This document shows, one piece after another, positions 1 through 62,920 of a stretch of 64,000 bases of DNA. A program made the translations under genes and the position numbers. The notes under the pieces are model-generated. The model was not told where the DNA came from. It searched no databases and was given only the letters and a program-made list of their open reading frames with translations. Source of the DNA: Eledone cirrhosa. Taxonomy: Eukaryota. Every line of letters begins with the position of its first letter. Positions within the stretch are counted from its first letter, which is position 1. The stretch covers positions 2,728,001 to 2,792,000 of the forward strand of contig OZ024750.1 in the NCBI GenBank assembly GCA_964016885.1. The letters run 5' to 3'.

Positions 1-944
1 ATGGAATGTATTAAGACAATGTTTTACAGCTAAATACACTTCCTGATGCCAAACCTTTTAGACACCTTTTACAGCAGGGATACAGTGTGTTTATTAAAAA
101 ACAAACAAGATACACTTGTTTATAATAATAATAATAATGAAATTATTGTGTACAGTGCTCAGGTGCATATAGAATAATGTACAAATGTCAGGAAAATGAA
201 CAGTCATGATATACATGTAGAATAGTACTAAATTAATTATTTTATCATATAATAAAGCAGTAAAGGTATTTGGCTGTCCAAATACGTTTAAAAGTTTTGC
301 TAGTACTGAAGAAATAACAAGTGGAAGAGGAATTGGTGGCTGTATTGATTAAAATAATTGTTTTTGAAAATTGATTCAAAATAAATTCTCTGGAATATAA
401 AACTTGTCCTTTAGTTGTGATAAATTCTACTGTTGACAGTTGCTACAACCTTATTCTATATATCCTACTAAACAAAGTAATTAATACTTACCAATTATTA
501 AGTTTCTCTGTATATTTTTTTATATTTTTAATAATTCATCTTCAGAAAGAAAGGGGAAGTAATTACATAAAATTATTCCTATATTAACTCCCTTGTATTG
601 AAAGAAAAACTTTAAACGAAATAACAAGCTACCCGATGCTGGTGCATATGTTGCCAGCCAATTTGTCAGGGGCCCAGCTCCCGTAAACTTCTCTAACGCT
701 ACAGGCTGGAAAAAATAGTTTTCGTTCTATAGTTTAACATATTACAATGTGAATAAAATAGGCTTTAAGAACTATGAGTACGCTAAGGAGAATTACTACA
801 GTTTTGTGTTCTCATAAATTTCTTAATAATGAATATTTTAAAATGAAGTTTTATGGAGGTGCGTTTTCAAAAGTGTGATTACGATTGTATCGATGAAATT
901 GAAAAAAAAAAAGTAAGTTTTAATTACTTGGAAATGAACGGTTA

Positions 945-1255
945 TGACTGACCACGGGAAGTTCTTCTCTAAGGCACACACTTGTGCAAAGATGTCTTGG
1001 GAAAAATCATCAGTCACTCAAGCATACCAATCTTCCCCCTCAACGCCACCAATATTGTCCAAGGTAAAAGCTGTACAGCTCGGCACCAGTGTCACTGCAG
1101 GCGAACGACTGTCTCGAGTCCGGAGGTTTATTAAGTCTGTGCTTATCTCCATTTCCGGGTGATGGCAAGGCTGATGCGCTGGAACAACCAAGCGCCCTCA
1201 CGAGCACCACCAGTTACCTCAGTTAGGCGAGCAGCCAGTGAAGATGAAGACCTCG
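945..1255 (-). mobile_element. CRE-clade non-LTR retrotransposon 3' fragment (restriction-like endonuclease C-terminus)
   Basis: Minus strand SSLAARLTEVTGGAREGAWLFQRISLAITR. Confidence 0.6.
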
Positions 1256-1343
1256 CACGTATTTTTAATTCTTATATATATATATATATATATATACAGT
1301 ATTAATATATAAGGAACAAAGAATCAGTGTTGGATCATATACA

Positions 1344-1442
1344 TATTTATTACATATCACATGTTTCACTGTCGATCAGCTCGAGGAACGATCTATTAAT
1401 GATTATATCTGACTCTGGAATCGGAAGCTCCTCAGATAAGTA
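1344..1442 (-). ncRNA. Type I hammerhead ribozyme motif with long stem II insert
   Basis: TAcTTAT-CTGAGGA-GCTtcCGAT..ATCGacAGT-GAAA-CAT-gtgat-ATG-TA-ATAAaTA; complete core, GUA triplet, flanked by (TA)n. Confidence 0.75.
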
Positions 1443-1762
1443 GGCTCGCGTCTGACACACACACTTTATATATATATATAATGATCAACTTTCGTCAAAT
1501 TGGACCGAGGAAACAATGTTTCCATTGGTCTTTCCAATTGCTAATACTATCTGTCGGTCGCAACTCCAGGTAGAAGCAGCAACGTGAAATAAAGTGTCTT
1601 GCTCAAGGACATAACGCATCGCCTGATCCACGAATTGAACTCACAACCTCACGATTGCGAACCCAATTCTCTAACCACTCATCCACACGCCTTATATATA
1701 TATAAATACACACACACACAAAATCAAACAGCTTTTCAATTTTTGCACTTAAGAGCTACAAT

Positions 1763-2290
1763 GCCGCACTATGGCACAGCGGAGCTAGGGTGACTCATTA
1801 TGGCACAGCGGAGCTAGGGTGACTCATTATGGCACAGCGGAGCTAGGGTGGTACACTATGGTACAGCGGAGCTAGGGTGGCACACTTCTGTAGAGTGGAG
1901 CTAGGGTGGCACACTATGGTACAGTGGAGCTAGGGTGGTACACTATGGTACAGTGGAGCTAGGGTGGTACACTATGGTAGAGTGGAGCTAGGGTGGCACA
2001 CTATGGTAGAGTGGAGCTAGGGTGGCACACTTCTGTAGAGTGGAGCTAGGGTGGTACACTATGGTAGAGTGGGGCTAGGGTGGTACACTATGGTAGAGTG
2101 GGGCTAGGGTGGTACACTATGGTAGAGTGGGGCTAGGGTGGTACACTATGGTAGAGTGGAGCTAGGGTGGCACACTTCTGTAGAGTGGAGCTAGGGTGGT
2201 ACACTATGGTAGAGTGGGGCTAGGGTGGTACACTATGGTAGAGTGGGGCTAGGGTGGTACACTATGGTAGAGTGGGGCTAGGGTGGTACT
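1763..2290. repeat. 29-bp G-rich minisatellite, ~18 copies
   Basis: ggtacactatggtagagtgg(a/g)gctagggt. Confidence 0.95.
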
Positions 2291-2972
2291 CTACAGAAGT
2301 GGGCGACAAGCTCCGTGATTTCGGAAGAAGATTGATAGCCATGTCGACTGAATGTACGTCTCTTTGATCGCTGCACTAAGTTGAACCTACTCAATCATGA
2401 AACTATAAACACATCCTGGATAGGAAGAGACGGAGGTATTTTATATGTTAACAAATTTTAATATTGTTTCTACTTTTGGCACAAGGCCAGCAATTACTCA
2501 GTGTATTACTGGTACTTTATTTTATCGACCCTGTAAGGATGAAAGGCAAAGTTAACCTAGGCGGGATTAAATAAATATAACAACCAACATTGAATAATGG
2601 TAATTGTTGATGATCTGGATAAATATATCGATTTGACAGGAGTTGTATTAGTGAACTAAGTTTACACTAGTCTACATCTACTAGGAATAGAATTGTGATT
2701 ATAATTAGATTGAAAGCATCTTTAAAAATACTGAGTCACGTTCTCATATGAATAGCAATGGTTACTAAATAACTTCAAACAATTGTTACTAAATAAAAAC
2801 GACCTTCCTCCATTACAAGATGGCTTGCAGAATCTATTTATAGCTGGTCTCTAAGCTATTCACAATTTGGTGTGGCATCGATTTTCTGACAAGTTAATTT
2901 CTAGAAATTTAGTTATTTTAGAACGAAACAACTCATTTTGAGAATTGTTTACGAGGCTGTTTAGAATTAGAG

Positions 2973-3016
<44 letters not shown>

Positions 3017-3022
<6 letters not shown>

Positions 3023-3094
3023 CACCCAAAAAATGTAAATACATATTTATTAGAATGCTGTTGAAGTGTGTGTACATCTTTTGGGACACCCTGT
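3017..3094. mobile_element. Tc1/mariner-like mini-MITE; second copy at 44980-45060
   Basis: gggtcacccaaaaaatgta ... tacatcttttgggacaccctgta. Confidence 0.55.
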
Positions 3095-4044
3095 ATATAT
3101 CTCTCTCTCTCTCTATATATATATATAACATAACATATCATATCATATCATCATCATCATCAACTCTTCTTATTAATAACTGCATTGTTTATTTCCAGGG
3201 ACTATGTTGAAAAATAAACCTCATTTGGTCATTCCATGAGAGTTTCTTGGTCAGCCTATACAATTTATGTGAGCCCTACTGTGGCTTCCAAAGCTTGCTA
3301 GGGTCTTGCATATTTTGTTGTATAAAATGCATTTATATTCACTCCTTCCAACATCCAGCTCTTCATTTATATAACGAACAAGACAATGGAGATAATATAC
3401 ACCACTAAAAAAATAATAATAAAAGAATGAGTGGGATAGAAAAGACCCGGACACTCAATTGTATGAGGCAAGCCATCACACACAACATTGCTGTGGGTGA
3501 TAAACGAGAAGATGTCAATATCTGACAGAGACATTGTACAGTTTACACTGGAAATTTCAACCACTCAACAATAACTGAGCTTTTTTGTTAGTTCGTGTCA
3601 CAATGCAAAGGAAGCGATTAAAAGAGAATACAATTGTTGTACAATTACTTCAAACAATTACTTGTAATGTCAACAGATTTAATTAATCTTTTGGTTAAGG
3701 TGTCTATATACAAGGATAGAGGGAGAGATGGAATCAATGGATGAGAGGAATTCCGGGTATGTTAACACAACAGGTGTTAACTTATCTATATGTATATTGG
3801 GTTAAAACTAATTGATTTCAAGGCACAACCTAAACATATATGTATATGTATAGAGAGATTACACAAGTATCAATAAACTATATACATAACTATAAATAGT
3901 ATCTTTAATATATCTTTAATATACATAACTATAAATAGTATCTTTAATATATCTTTAATATACATAACTATAAATAGTATCTTTAATATTTATATTTATA
4001 TATATATATATATATATGAACGTATAGAGAGAGAGAGAGAGAGA

Positions 4045-4320
4045 GAATCATTGGAACATCTGACTGATAAAATGACAAGTCAGTCAATCATATCGGTGGC
4101 CTCCCCACAGCCCCGGCGGACATAATGGAGAAGTGGAGAAGGCGTTTCCCCGGAGGACGCCAAGGGAGACGCGCTGGAAAAGCCATTCCAGCTCGCAGGG
4201 TTCACACCTGCTGCTGGCCAGCTCAACGCCTACGGTAGCGAGTAGGGAGGTAGCCCTAGGGCCGAGGACACCAGAAGTCACCACTGCCACAACCGTAAAC
4301 CTGTCGGAGAGCGACCGGGA
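4045..4320 (-). mobile_element. CRE-clade 3' fragment
   Basis: VAVVTSGVLGPRATSLL...LEWLFQRVSLGVLRGNA; 3' hairpin TGACTGA..TCAGTCA. Confidence 0.7.
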
Positions 4321-6639
4321 TTTGAAGAGGTGTTAACTTGTAGTATTTATAAATGATAGAAAGCTGGAAACATCTCTTAAAGGGCTTACAAGACGATTAC
4401 AAAACAGATATTGTTCATGTAGAAGTTCGGTTGATTTCTTTGTATGTTCTTTCTAACATGAACATCTTCCACAGTATTATTAATATAAACATATTAACCA
4501 TTAGCATATTGTTCCTATTATTTTAGGAGGTGCAGACATTCATAATTATCCGACATTTTTTTTTTGTCGAGCAGCTGCATTCTCTGCAATACGTCGCCAC
4601 TGATATTAACATTGGTAGAATTAAGATATTAATTAAATATTAACATTAAAATGTTTTTTTTTTCTATTATTAATATAAGGTAAATCTGCACAGCTGGAGA
4701 AGTGGCGAAAAGAAAATTACAAACAAAACACATATACATCAAGTTGTGGTAAATCTTCTAAGACAAACATTTTTATAATTTTATATAAAAGTAATTAATT
4801 AGTTACATTCTTTCTACGTCGGAGTTCAAATCACATTAGAGTCTATTATACTCAGGGTCGATAAAATAAGTATTAGTCATGATTAGGGTTCTCAACTAAC
4901 TTGAATGAAAATGCTGCAAATTGCTAGTAAATGTTAGAAAAACTTCGTAGAAGTGCTGGAACAAATTAGTATAAATTATAAGGTACTATTGAGTAAGTTT
5001 GTACATTACCATATTGATTCCAGATTTGTAAGCCTTAAAATTACGAATGTGCGCTATACTCGAGAACTTGGTGCATAAGCTAAATCTGTAAATGGTTTGA
5101 GAAATGAAGCTTGGTCGCGGTAGACGAGAGAAAGTCTGCCATTGACCAATTGGTAGCAGAATTTGTTGGTAAGTGATATGGAAGCGAAAGCTATAATACT
5201 TTGGCCATGTCATCAGGGCTCAGAACCTCTGCACCCATATCCTGGAGGGAACGTATTGATGGTACAAGATCCAGAGGAAGATCAATGATATATGATTACA
5301 TTAATAAGAACTATGTAACCTTTTAACAGAAAGTTAAATCAATTTTAAGATAACATGCCAGATTTGCAAAAAACGTGGTATCGCAGCCTATATCATCTAT
5401 TGGTATTCTAGCTTAGGTAAGTTGGAAACTTTAATAAGACTTGAAGACAAATCAATATTTACCGACATTCTAAAAGAAATTAAATAAATAAAACCTACAC
5501 AAAAGAAAGGCAAACTTCAGTTATATTTTCAATCTATATCGTATCTCAGATACATCTGATAAATACTATTAATTTGAGTCACCATAGATATTAGTCATTA
5601 TTGAATCTAGTAGAGATATAAATTTTTAAGGAATGATACATTTTCCCTTCGGTTCTCAGTAACTTAAAAATATTTTTTTTTCTTTAGGATACCGACATTA
5701 ATAAGATACGTAGCTCCAATCAATACAGTATTAACTGAGCAACCTGCAACTCGGGCAGCTGCCATTAGAATATAATTGTTTCTACTTTAGGCACAAGGCC
5801 AGCAATTACCCAGTGCATTACTGGTACTTTATTTTATCGACCCCGTAAGGATGAAGGTGCCAATAATAATCACTAAAATTGTTTGAACACACAGAAAAGA
5901 ATAATAAACACCTCCAATTGATCTTTCGACATGGCTATATAATGGTTGCTGACTTAGGCACAAAGCCAACAATTTTGGTAGAGGAAAGTCAATTAAATCG
6001 ACCCAGTGCATTACTGGTACTTTATTTTATCGACCTCGTAAGGATGAAAGGCAAAGTTAACCTAGGCGAGATTTGAACTCAGAATGTAAAAGGGCGAAAC
6101 TCCATGCCTCGCAGCATGTCTGACGCTCTACTGATTCTGACAATCAATACATATAGCTATATGTCATATATTATTGTTTTGCCTTTCATCCTTACGGGGT
6201 CGATAAAATAAAGTACCAGTAATGCACTGGGTTATTGCTGGCCTTGTGCCAAAAAGTAGAAACAATTATTTTATACCGGAATGTAATGTCATTTCTACAA
6301 CTAAGAATTGGCAATTATCATATAACATATATAAGATTAAATATAAGTACATACATATAATTAATTATTCCTAGGAACCTTATAATATAATACAAAAATA
6401 TATAATCAAAGCGAGAAAACTGGCTGAAAATAGAATGAACGAAACGAATCTTATTGAAAACCAAACAACTCATGGAAAAAATAAATAATAAATACGTGTT
6501 GCTGATAAATAACTGTTTCATAGAAAACTTATATCTGATAGAAAAGAAAATTCTTTAAAACACAAAACCAAAGAAGAAAATACTTAGCGATCAATGACGG
6601 CTGATTAGTAGAGCTCTCTAGTTTACCATCATAACATTT

Positions 6640-6790
6640 GTCTGGTCAATATCTGAGAGGAGGTGGTTACCCGCAGATATGAGCCTTGTGTCCCGGAGAG
6701 ACAGTTCCAGAGAGTATCTATCGCCGTCCCCTGGGTCAATGTCTTGTCCATTATGTTTGCCAAGACCAAGAGGCGGACGACATATTAGAG
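6640..6790 (+). mobile_element. Degenerate CRE-clade 3' fragment
   Basis: FQRVSIAVPWVNVLSIM. Confidence 0.45.
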
Positions 6791-6889
6791 AAGATGGTGG
6801 TTATGAAACTACCCACAACTGTTGCGTCTGAACGAAACAGAAATTGATTAGAGAACTTTGTCTTTGTACATGTGTGAAAGTGACATACG

Positions 6890-7115
6890 ATTGAGTATCC
6901 TCCACTACCAACTAACTAGCCCCCCTCTGGGTCTCGGCCGATAGGATGGAAAATACATTGCCCCGGAGGATGGTAAGGGAGACGTGCTGGAAGAGCCATT
7001 AGATCTCGCACCTGTGGGTGGCCAACTCTGCTTCGATAGCAGTTAGTAGGGTCCAAGAACGCCGGAAGTCTCTACTGCTATAGGCTCCACCATAAACATA
7101 TTCGAGAGAAAGCTA
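6890..7115 (-). mobile_element. CRE-clade 3' fragment
   Basis: Minus strand PIAVETSGVLGP...WLFQHVSLTILRGNV. Confidence 0.6.
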
Positions 7116-8149
7116 TCAGACATTTTACAAGATATTTGTAAAAGTCTCAGAGGTAACTGCAATATCCAACCCCTTGGAATTTATGACTTGTGTGAAAAAC
7201 AAAACAAAACAAAATGTAAGTATTTTCATAAATTATCCAAATAAGGATTTGAAACGTACGCTATTATAATTATCCAAGCTGATCAATATAATATGATTTC
7301 TTTAATAGAACGTAAATATCAGATCTTCCACAACACATAGACAGCTAAGTGAAAGCCTCGTCAATTCTAAATTATTCAGTCTGCCATACTGCAGATAACG
7401 CAGTGTTTTGAAATGCAAGTTAAAATCGCTATTTAATGTTTAATATGTTAATGGCTTTCTTCATCTAAGACTAGTTTAGCTAGCTGGAATAGTCAGGTAA
7501 GTAAACAGATTCTATAGATATATATTAGGTTTACAGTTGTATTATTAATGCATACATCATTTGCCAAACGTTATAGAAATTTTATGTGAGTAATTGTACA
7601 TGAATTATTAGGAACAATTTCATGTCTCTGTTTCAAAGCTGCAGCACTTGATTCACTGAATAGAACCTAACGACGGTTATCTGAAATAGATATAGATTTA
7701 TCAGTCAAGAAGAAATATTAGTTTATCGATTAGCTTCTCAGGATAATGACTAAAGTGTATTTCATATAAATTTGGTTTTCTTTATTGTGGCTATCGTATT
7801 CATTAAGTTTCAGTGTTAATTATCTAAAAGAATGCAGCTTATCTTTAACGTTCCAACCAAATTAACCACCTCTCCCTCCCAAAACTGATCATTGTACGTA
7901 TTCAGAGAAGAGAGCTTTAACTGTTAGGCATTAAATACATTACTGTTTAGACACCCCCCTCCCCCACCTTCCTGGGCAATGATGTATGTATGGATCCGTT
8001 ACTGATGGAGTCGGAGGAGCAACATCGTGACATACGGCTTTATCTTGGAGATTTTAAACCTGGCGAAAATGGACCTTATATGGTGATAGTTTAGTATTGT
8101 AGTAGCAGGGGCAGTTTCACAGTTTGGTACGAAAAGGGTTAAGCATATC

Positions 8150-8410
8150 TTCGCTCTCCGACAGGTTTGTAGTCATACCCTTGGCAGTGGAGACTTCTGG
8201 TGTCCTCGGCCCTAGGGCTACCTCCCTACTCACTACCATAGACGCTAAGCTGGCCATCTGCAGGTGAGCCTCGCGAGTTGGAATGGCTCTTCCATTGCGT
8301 CTCCCTTGCCGTCCTCTGGGGAAACACCTTCTCTATTCTGTCCACCGGGGATGTGGGGAGGCCACCAATATGATTGACTGACTTGTCATTTTATCAGTCA
8401 ACTTGCTATT
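8150..8410 (+). mobile_element. CRE-clade 3' fragment, closely related to the 4045-4320 copy
   Basis: PLAVETSGVLGPRATSLL..LEWLFHCVSLAVLWGN; same TGACTGA..TCAGTCA tail. Confidence 0.7.
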
Positions 8411-8479
8411 TGTTTCTTTCTATACCCCCTTCTCGCCATAATCAGAAAGAATCATGAGAGAAAGTAATAAAATCTTAGA

Positions 8480-8539
8480 AAGGAAAAAAAAACAAACATT
8501 TAAAACTAAAAACAGGCTGTCATTTATGGAGAATTTATT
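8480..8539 (-). terminator. Candidate polyadenylation site
   Basis: AATAAA (plus strand tttatt 8534-8539) followed on the minus strand by TGTTTTTAGTTTT...TGTTTGTTTTTTTTT. Confidence 0.55.
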
Positions 8540-9439
8540 GCTATATTCCAGTTTTTAAATGAAGGGTAGGGGAAAAAGAAAAAGAAAATTAGATACATAT
8601 ATTTTTTTCTTAAAATAAAACCCTGAAAAATGACTAAACATGTTTTTAATATTTCATACAAAATATCTTTACACAAAAGACATTTATTACAAAATAATTA
8701 TATAAAGACAAACACCCAAGAAAATCTTTTTACAGAAAAATAATAGAAATAGTATTATTATTTTTTATTAGTTATATGTTCTTGTGTTGTTAACTTCTTA
8801 TGTAGAGGTATTGATTTAATTAATTAAACCATACAGTTCAAAAGAAGGAAGTAATGAAATGAAATTATATCCCATTATCAGCTCTTCATTCATGAAGAGC
8901 AAATTTAATGTGAAATGGTTAGATTGCCACCATTAATGAAGTATGTTTATTGAATGTTGTCTGCACATAGAAATATAATTCATATATCTTTGTGGAGGGG
9001 ATGAAACATTTGCAATTTGGCGAGCTTTATCAAATGTTTACATGAGTACAAACTTGTGGAAGAGGTTTAGCAGCAGTTTCAAAGAAGTAAGGTTATATTA
9101 TATATATCAAAAGAAGATTTGAAAGTCAACATGTGCAAAACCTAAATGGCATCGTTATGGCTTATTCATTGTGGGTTTAGCTGGCCACATTATGAGGTTG
9201 TATCTCAGGAGATTTTGTTTTGTAATGTAATAAAAACTGATAATTTTCAAAAAGCTGGTACAGTGGGGTGGAAAAATAAAACAAAACAAAGTAATGTTTT
9301 ACTCGGTATATTTCAACATGATATTTCGGGGTTACAACCCTCTTTTCAAATGTGGAGCTGAAATAGTTAAAAAAAACGAATGATTGGGTAAAACATTACT
9401 TTTTGTTTTATTTGTCATCATTCGCTCTTTGTATTTTTC

Positions 9440-9832
9440 TACCAACACTACCACATTACAGAGTGGACTGGGAGCTTTTTATGGCGGCACCAACACTACC
9501 ACTTCACAGAGTGGACTGGGAGCTTTTTATTGTGGCACCAACACTACCACATTACAGAGTGGACTGGGAGCTTTTTATTGTGGCACCAACACTACCACAT
9601 TACAGAGTGGACTGGGAGCTTTTTATTGTGGCACCAACACTACCACTTTACAGAGTGGACTGGGAGCTTTTTATTGTGGCACCAACACTACCTCATTACA
9701 GAGTGGACTGGGTGCTTTTTGTAGTGGAACCAGAACTACCACATTACAGAGTGGGCTGGTGGCATTTTATTGTGGCACCAGAACTATCACTTTACGGAGT
9801 CGGCTGGGTGCTTTTTATCATGGTACCAGCAC
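9440..9832. repeat. 48-bp minisatellite, ~8 copies, in the 3'UTR
   Basis: ccaacactaccacattacagagtggactgggagctttttattgtggca. Confidence 0.95.
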
Positions 9833-10028
9833 TATATATGTGTATTTAAAATCCTGTTGCAAAAGTTGTATACACCAACTATGCAGCCAATAAGAATTGA
9901 AACCAAATATTGTAAGGCATCATTTAACCAGGCACTCTGTTGTTTCATTCTCTCCACCACTAGACTAATATATTCTTACATTGGCATAAGGCAACAAATT
10001 TATGAATTAGAGGGATATAACTGATTAA

Positions 10029-10210
10029 CCCTTTAACATTTAAACCTGCTGTATCGGGCCAGAATTATCTCACCTCTTTCTGTTCAAACTAGCTGCTCAT
10101 ACTTATGTTAAGGTATTGCTTTCAAAATCTCGTAGATTCGATATGTGAGATAAAGCCTTTACTGTGAAAATACAATGGTATATATATAGAGTAATGTAAA
10201 TGCTAAAGGG
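10029..10210. mobile_element. piggyBac-like MITE (in the 3'UTR)
   Basis: TTAA target-site duplication, CCCTTTA.CATTTA terminal inverted repeats. Confidence 0.8.
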
Positions 10211-12606
10211 TTAAATGAACTCAGTGTGTGCCAGAGACATCAAAGGCCAGTACTTTGTTTCAAAATGTAAAAGGATGTTATAACTAACATGGATTTCTTA
10301 CACTGAGACAAGGTCACACATTTAGCAGAAGGTAAAGAAATGATTGAATCAACTGAGAGCAAATCTAGTTCTGATTTCATTGACGACTTTGGTGGGATGA
10401 AATTCAAAGTTGATTTAGAAGGATTTTGTGTAAACAGACATAGCTAAAAACCGTTCTACTGCTTCATATTTCTTAATGATTTCTTAATGATGCATGAAAC
10501 AAGAGATTTCAAGGATAGATGAATGGGAAGTATGATAGTCTTTTCCAAGAGACATTAGCAACATAAACTGTATAAGTTGTAGCAGGACACAGGCTTACTG
10601 GGAGCTTACATTTCTTTACTGGAGCTCACATTATTATTATTAGTACCAGTAATGTACTGGTGAATTGCTGGCCTTGTACCTAAAATAGAAACAATTATTA
10701 TTACAAGACTGTTGAATAACAACAGCAACAATAATAATAATAATAATATTTCTACATTTCGCACAAGGCCAGTAATTTTGGAGTAAAGGGAAAGTCGATT
10801 ATATCAACCCCAGTACTTGACTGGTACTTTATTTTATTGACCATGAAAGAATGAAAGGTAAAGTTAACCCTGGCGAGATTTGAATGCTGAACGTAAAGGG
10901 CCGTAACTACATGCCACAAAGCATATTGTCTGACGCTCTACTGATTGCTGCCAATAATAATAACAGAATTTAGAGATGTAAGTAACGGCATATAAAGAAA
11001 TATGTTAAATATTTCTAAAGTAAATTAAAGAAATACAACATAGAAAAGAAAGAAATATTTGTATCATTGAAAAATGAAATACTTTAAACAAAATAATTAG
11101 AATAGATCAACTTTTTATTTCAATAAAAACTGAGCTTTAGTCAGATATATGACAACTTTCTTTTCACATGTCCTTGTGTAGTTAATGGATGAAGCTCAGT
11201 TAAGCTGCTTTATTGTCCGAGGGGAATACATCTGACTGACATGACAGCCACTACAGAACATTAGTTGCCACACAACACTGCCACTGGAATATTTGGGCCA
11301 TTGATGACGCGAACTTATCTGTGCCAGCAGTGTTTCTTAACATATATAATAACAATTAGGACTCAATATAGACAACATAAATATATTCTTTCAATAGTAA
11401 CAGTAGCACCAGTTCCGAGGACTGAAGACACTATTTCAGTCAGATTCTTTTTTAACATATATAAAAAAAAAAAACTAGATTTCTATAAATTGTACTTTGC
11501 AGGAATCCTGTCTACTTGCAGTTACCAAGATAAATTATGAATGTATCCACAATTCATTTATTAAGCTTTTGGAAACACTTGAATCTTGTCTAAATGAAAG
11601 ATTTAAGATGCCTAAGCTTTGCTTGGTCTAAAATGCAAATAGTTTTTAGTAGATGAAAGATCATATTGCAAACAGTTTAATTTTTTCTTTCTTAATCCTA
11701 CTTTACAAAATAATATTCTCTGATTTTCTTTTAAGAAAATATACACAAGAATTTACATTAGTTTGGGAAACTTTTGGGGGGTGGGAAATGTATGTATGTA
11801 TGAAACATGCACACATACATGGCATCATTTAAAACCATCCTTGGTTTTAATTTTTGAAAGATAAAATAAACAGCTTAATGCATTTGTCTTGGCACATAAC
11901 TTTTATGCTTTTTGGCAACAACCAGAAAGTTAGAGTAAATTGCTAAGGTGTGTTTGTTTTTTTTTTTACTTCAGTTGGTCAAATAGTTAAACTGCAGTCT
12001 CAGTAGGATTTAATAGCTTGATGGAAATGAAAGTACCAAGAGTATTGATGTTTTGTTTTAGAGGTGGAGTGATAGACATATTAGTAAGAGTAATGGTGGT
12101 AATGGGGTTTATGATAGCAGTAGTTGTCAGTTTAAAGCAATATTTATTCCTGTTGGAGTAGTAATATTTTTCAATATGCTTTTCAGTACCATAACTATGT
12201 TATGATATATCACTAAAAGAAAAACAAACAGACAAATTAATGTCTTCATTGCTTGAAGTTCCTTTAGGTTATTGACAATGAAAAATGGTCACATTTGATT
12301 AATCACATACACCAGTGGCTCTAATATTTCAGGGTTTGTTAGTCAAATTGAATGGAAGACTCTTTCTAGTTTAAGTTTACATTTTTTTTTTAAACTAGAC
12401 AACAAATTTTGATTTGAGCAGCAACAGATTCCATTAGTTAAGGTCTGGATCAAAGAAGATAACAATGAGTTTAGAAAACATTGCTTTCTTCTCTATTTCT
12501 GGAGTTTAATATTTCCAAGTTCCTAACAGAAAAAATTGCTTTCTTCTCTGTTTCTGGAGTTTAATATTTCCAAGTTGAAAACACTATCAAGCTGAAGATG
12601 TAAAGT

Positions 12607-62275
<49,669 letters not shown>

Positions 62276-62704
62276 CTATAAATAAAGAATAAATGATTTG
62301 TAATTATTTGCAAACAACAATTTCAGAAGAATATAACAACATTTATTGCCAATTTTTAACTTTAGATAATTCACTCTTGAGTTAACCAAAGCAAAAGAGA
62401 TTTTTTTTGTTCTTAAAATTGTAACAAGTGAATCTGAAAGCTCCTTAACATTTAGTTTATATCATCATCATCATCTTATCTCAACCAATTGAACCAAAGA
62501 AATATATCCATGCCAGATGTTTTGATCTATTATCACTATATTTCCAATACAGTCTTCAACCTGAGGTCTTTATGCAGTATCTCAATGAAGGCAGTGGACT
62601 GTCTCCTACAGTAAATCAACTCAACTGTTGGTGGCCATAACAATGGATTTGAAGCAGTTGTTTTCACGAGATATCTCATACAGTGACACATCTGAGTCAA
62701 TAAT

Positions 62705-62920
62705 GGTTTCTGATTTAGGCACAAGGCCAACAATTTTGAGGTAGTGGAAAGTCGACTAAATCAGTCCCAGTGCATTACTGGTACTTTATTTCATTGACCC
62801 TGTAAGGATGAAAGGCAAAGCTAACCTCAGCAGGATTTGAACTCAGATCGTAAAGAGCTGCAACTCTATGCCATAAAGCATGTAGTCCGACGCTCCACCG
62901 ATACTGCTAATCCACCGCCC
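62705..62920 (-). mobile_element. Second SINE family (CCTTTCATCCTTAC.GGGTCGATAAAATAAAGTACCAG domain); copies at 2465-2570, 5773-5860, 5950-6145, 6180-6270(+), 10745-10955, 54183-54330
   Basis: Repeated conserved central domain, B-box-like GAGTTCAAATC, tail ggccttgtgccta. Confidence 0.75.

Larger units (their letters stand above)
8515..12606 (-). other. Probable dystrophin 3'UTR (~4.1 kb)
   Basis: U-rich, mostly non-repetitive sequence from the stop to an AATAAA followed by a U/GU-rich element; internal AATAAA hexamers near 8683, 11209, 11558 and 12143 could give shorter UTRs. Confidence 0.55.

Noticed and set aside
9384-9893. 169-aa ORF with a signal-peptide-like start and TNTTTLQSGLGAFYCG repeats
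   Set aside because: Starts at TTG, all frames are open because of the 48-bp repeat, the unit derives from a dispersed SINE/LINE segment, and it lies antisense in the dystrophin 3'UTR
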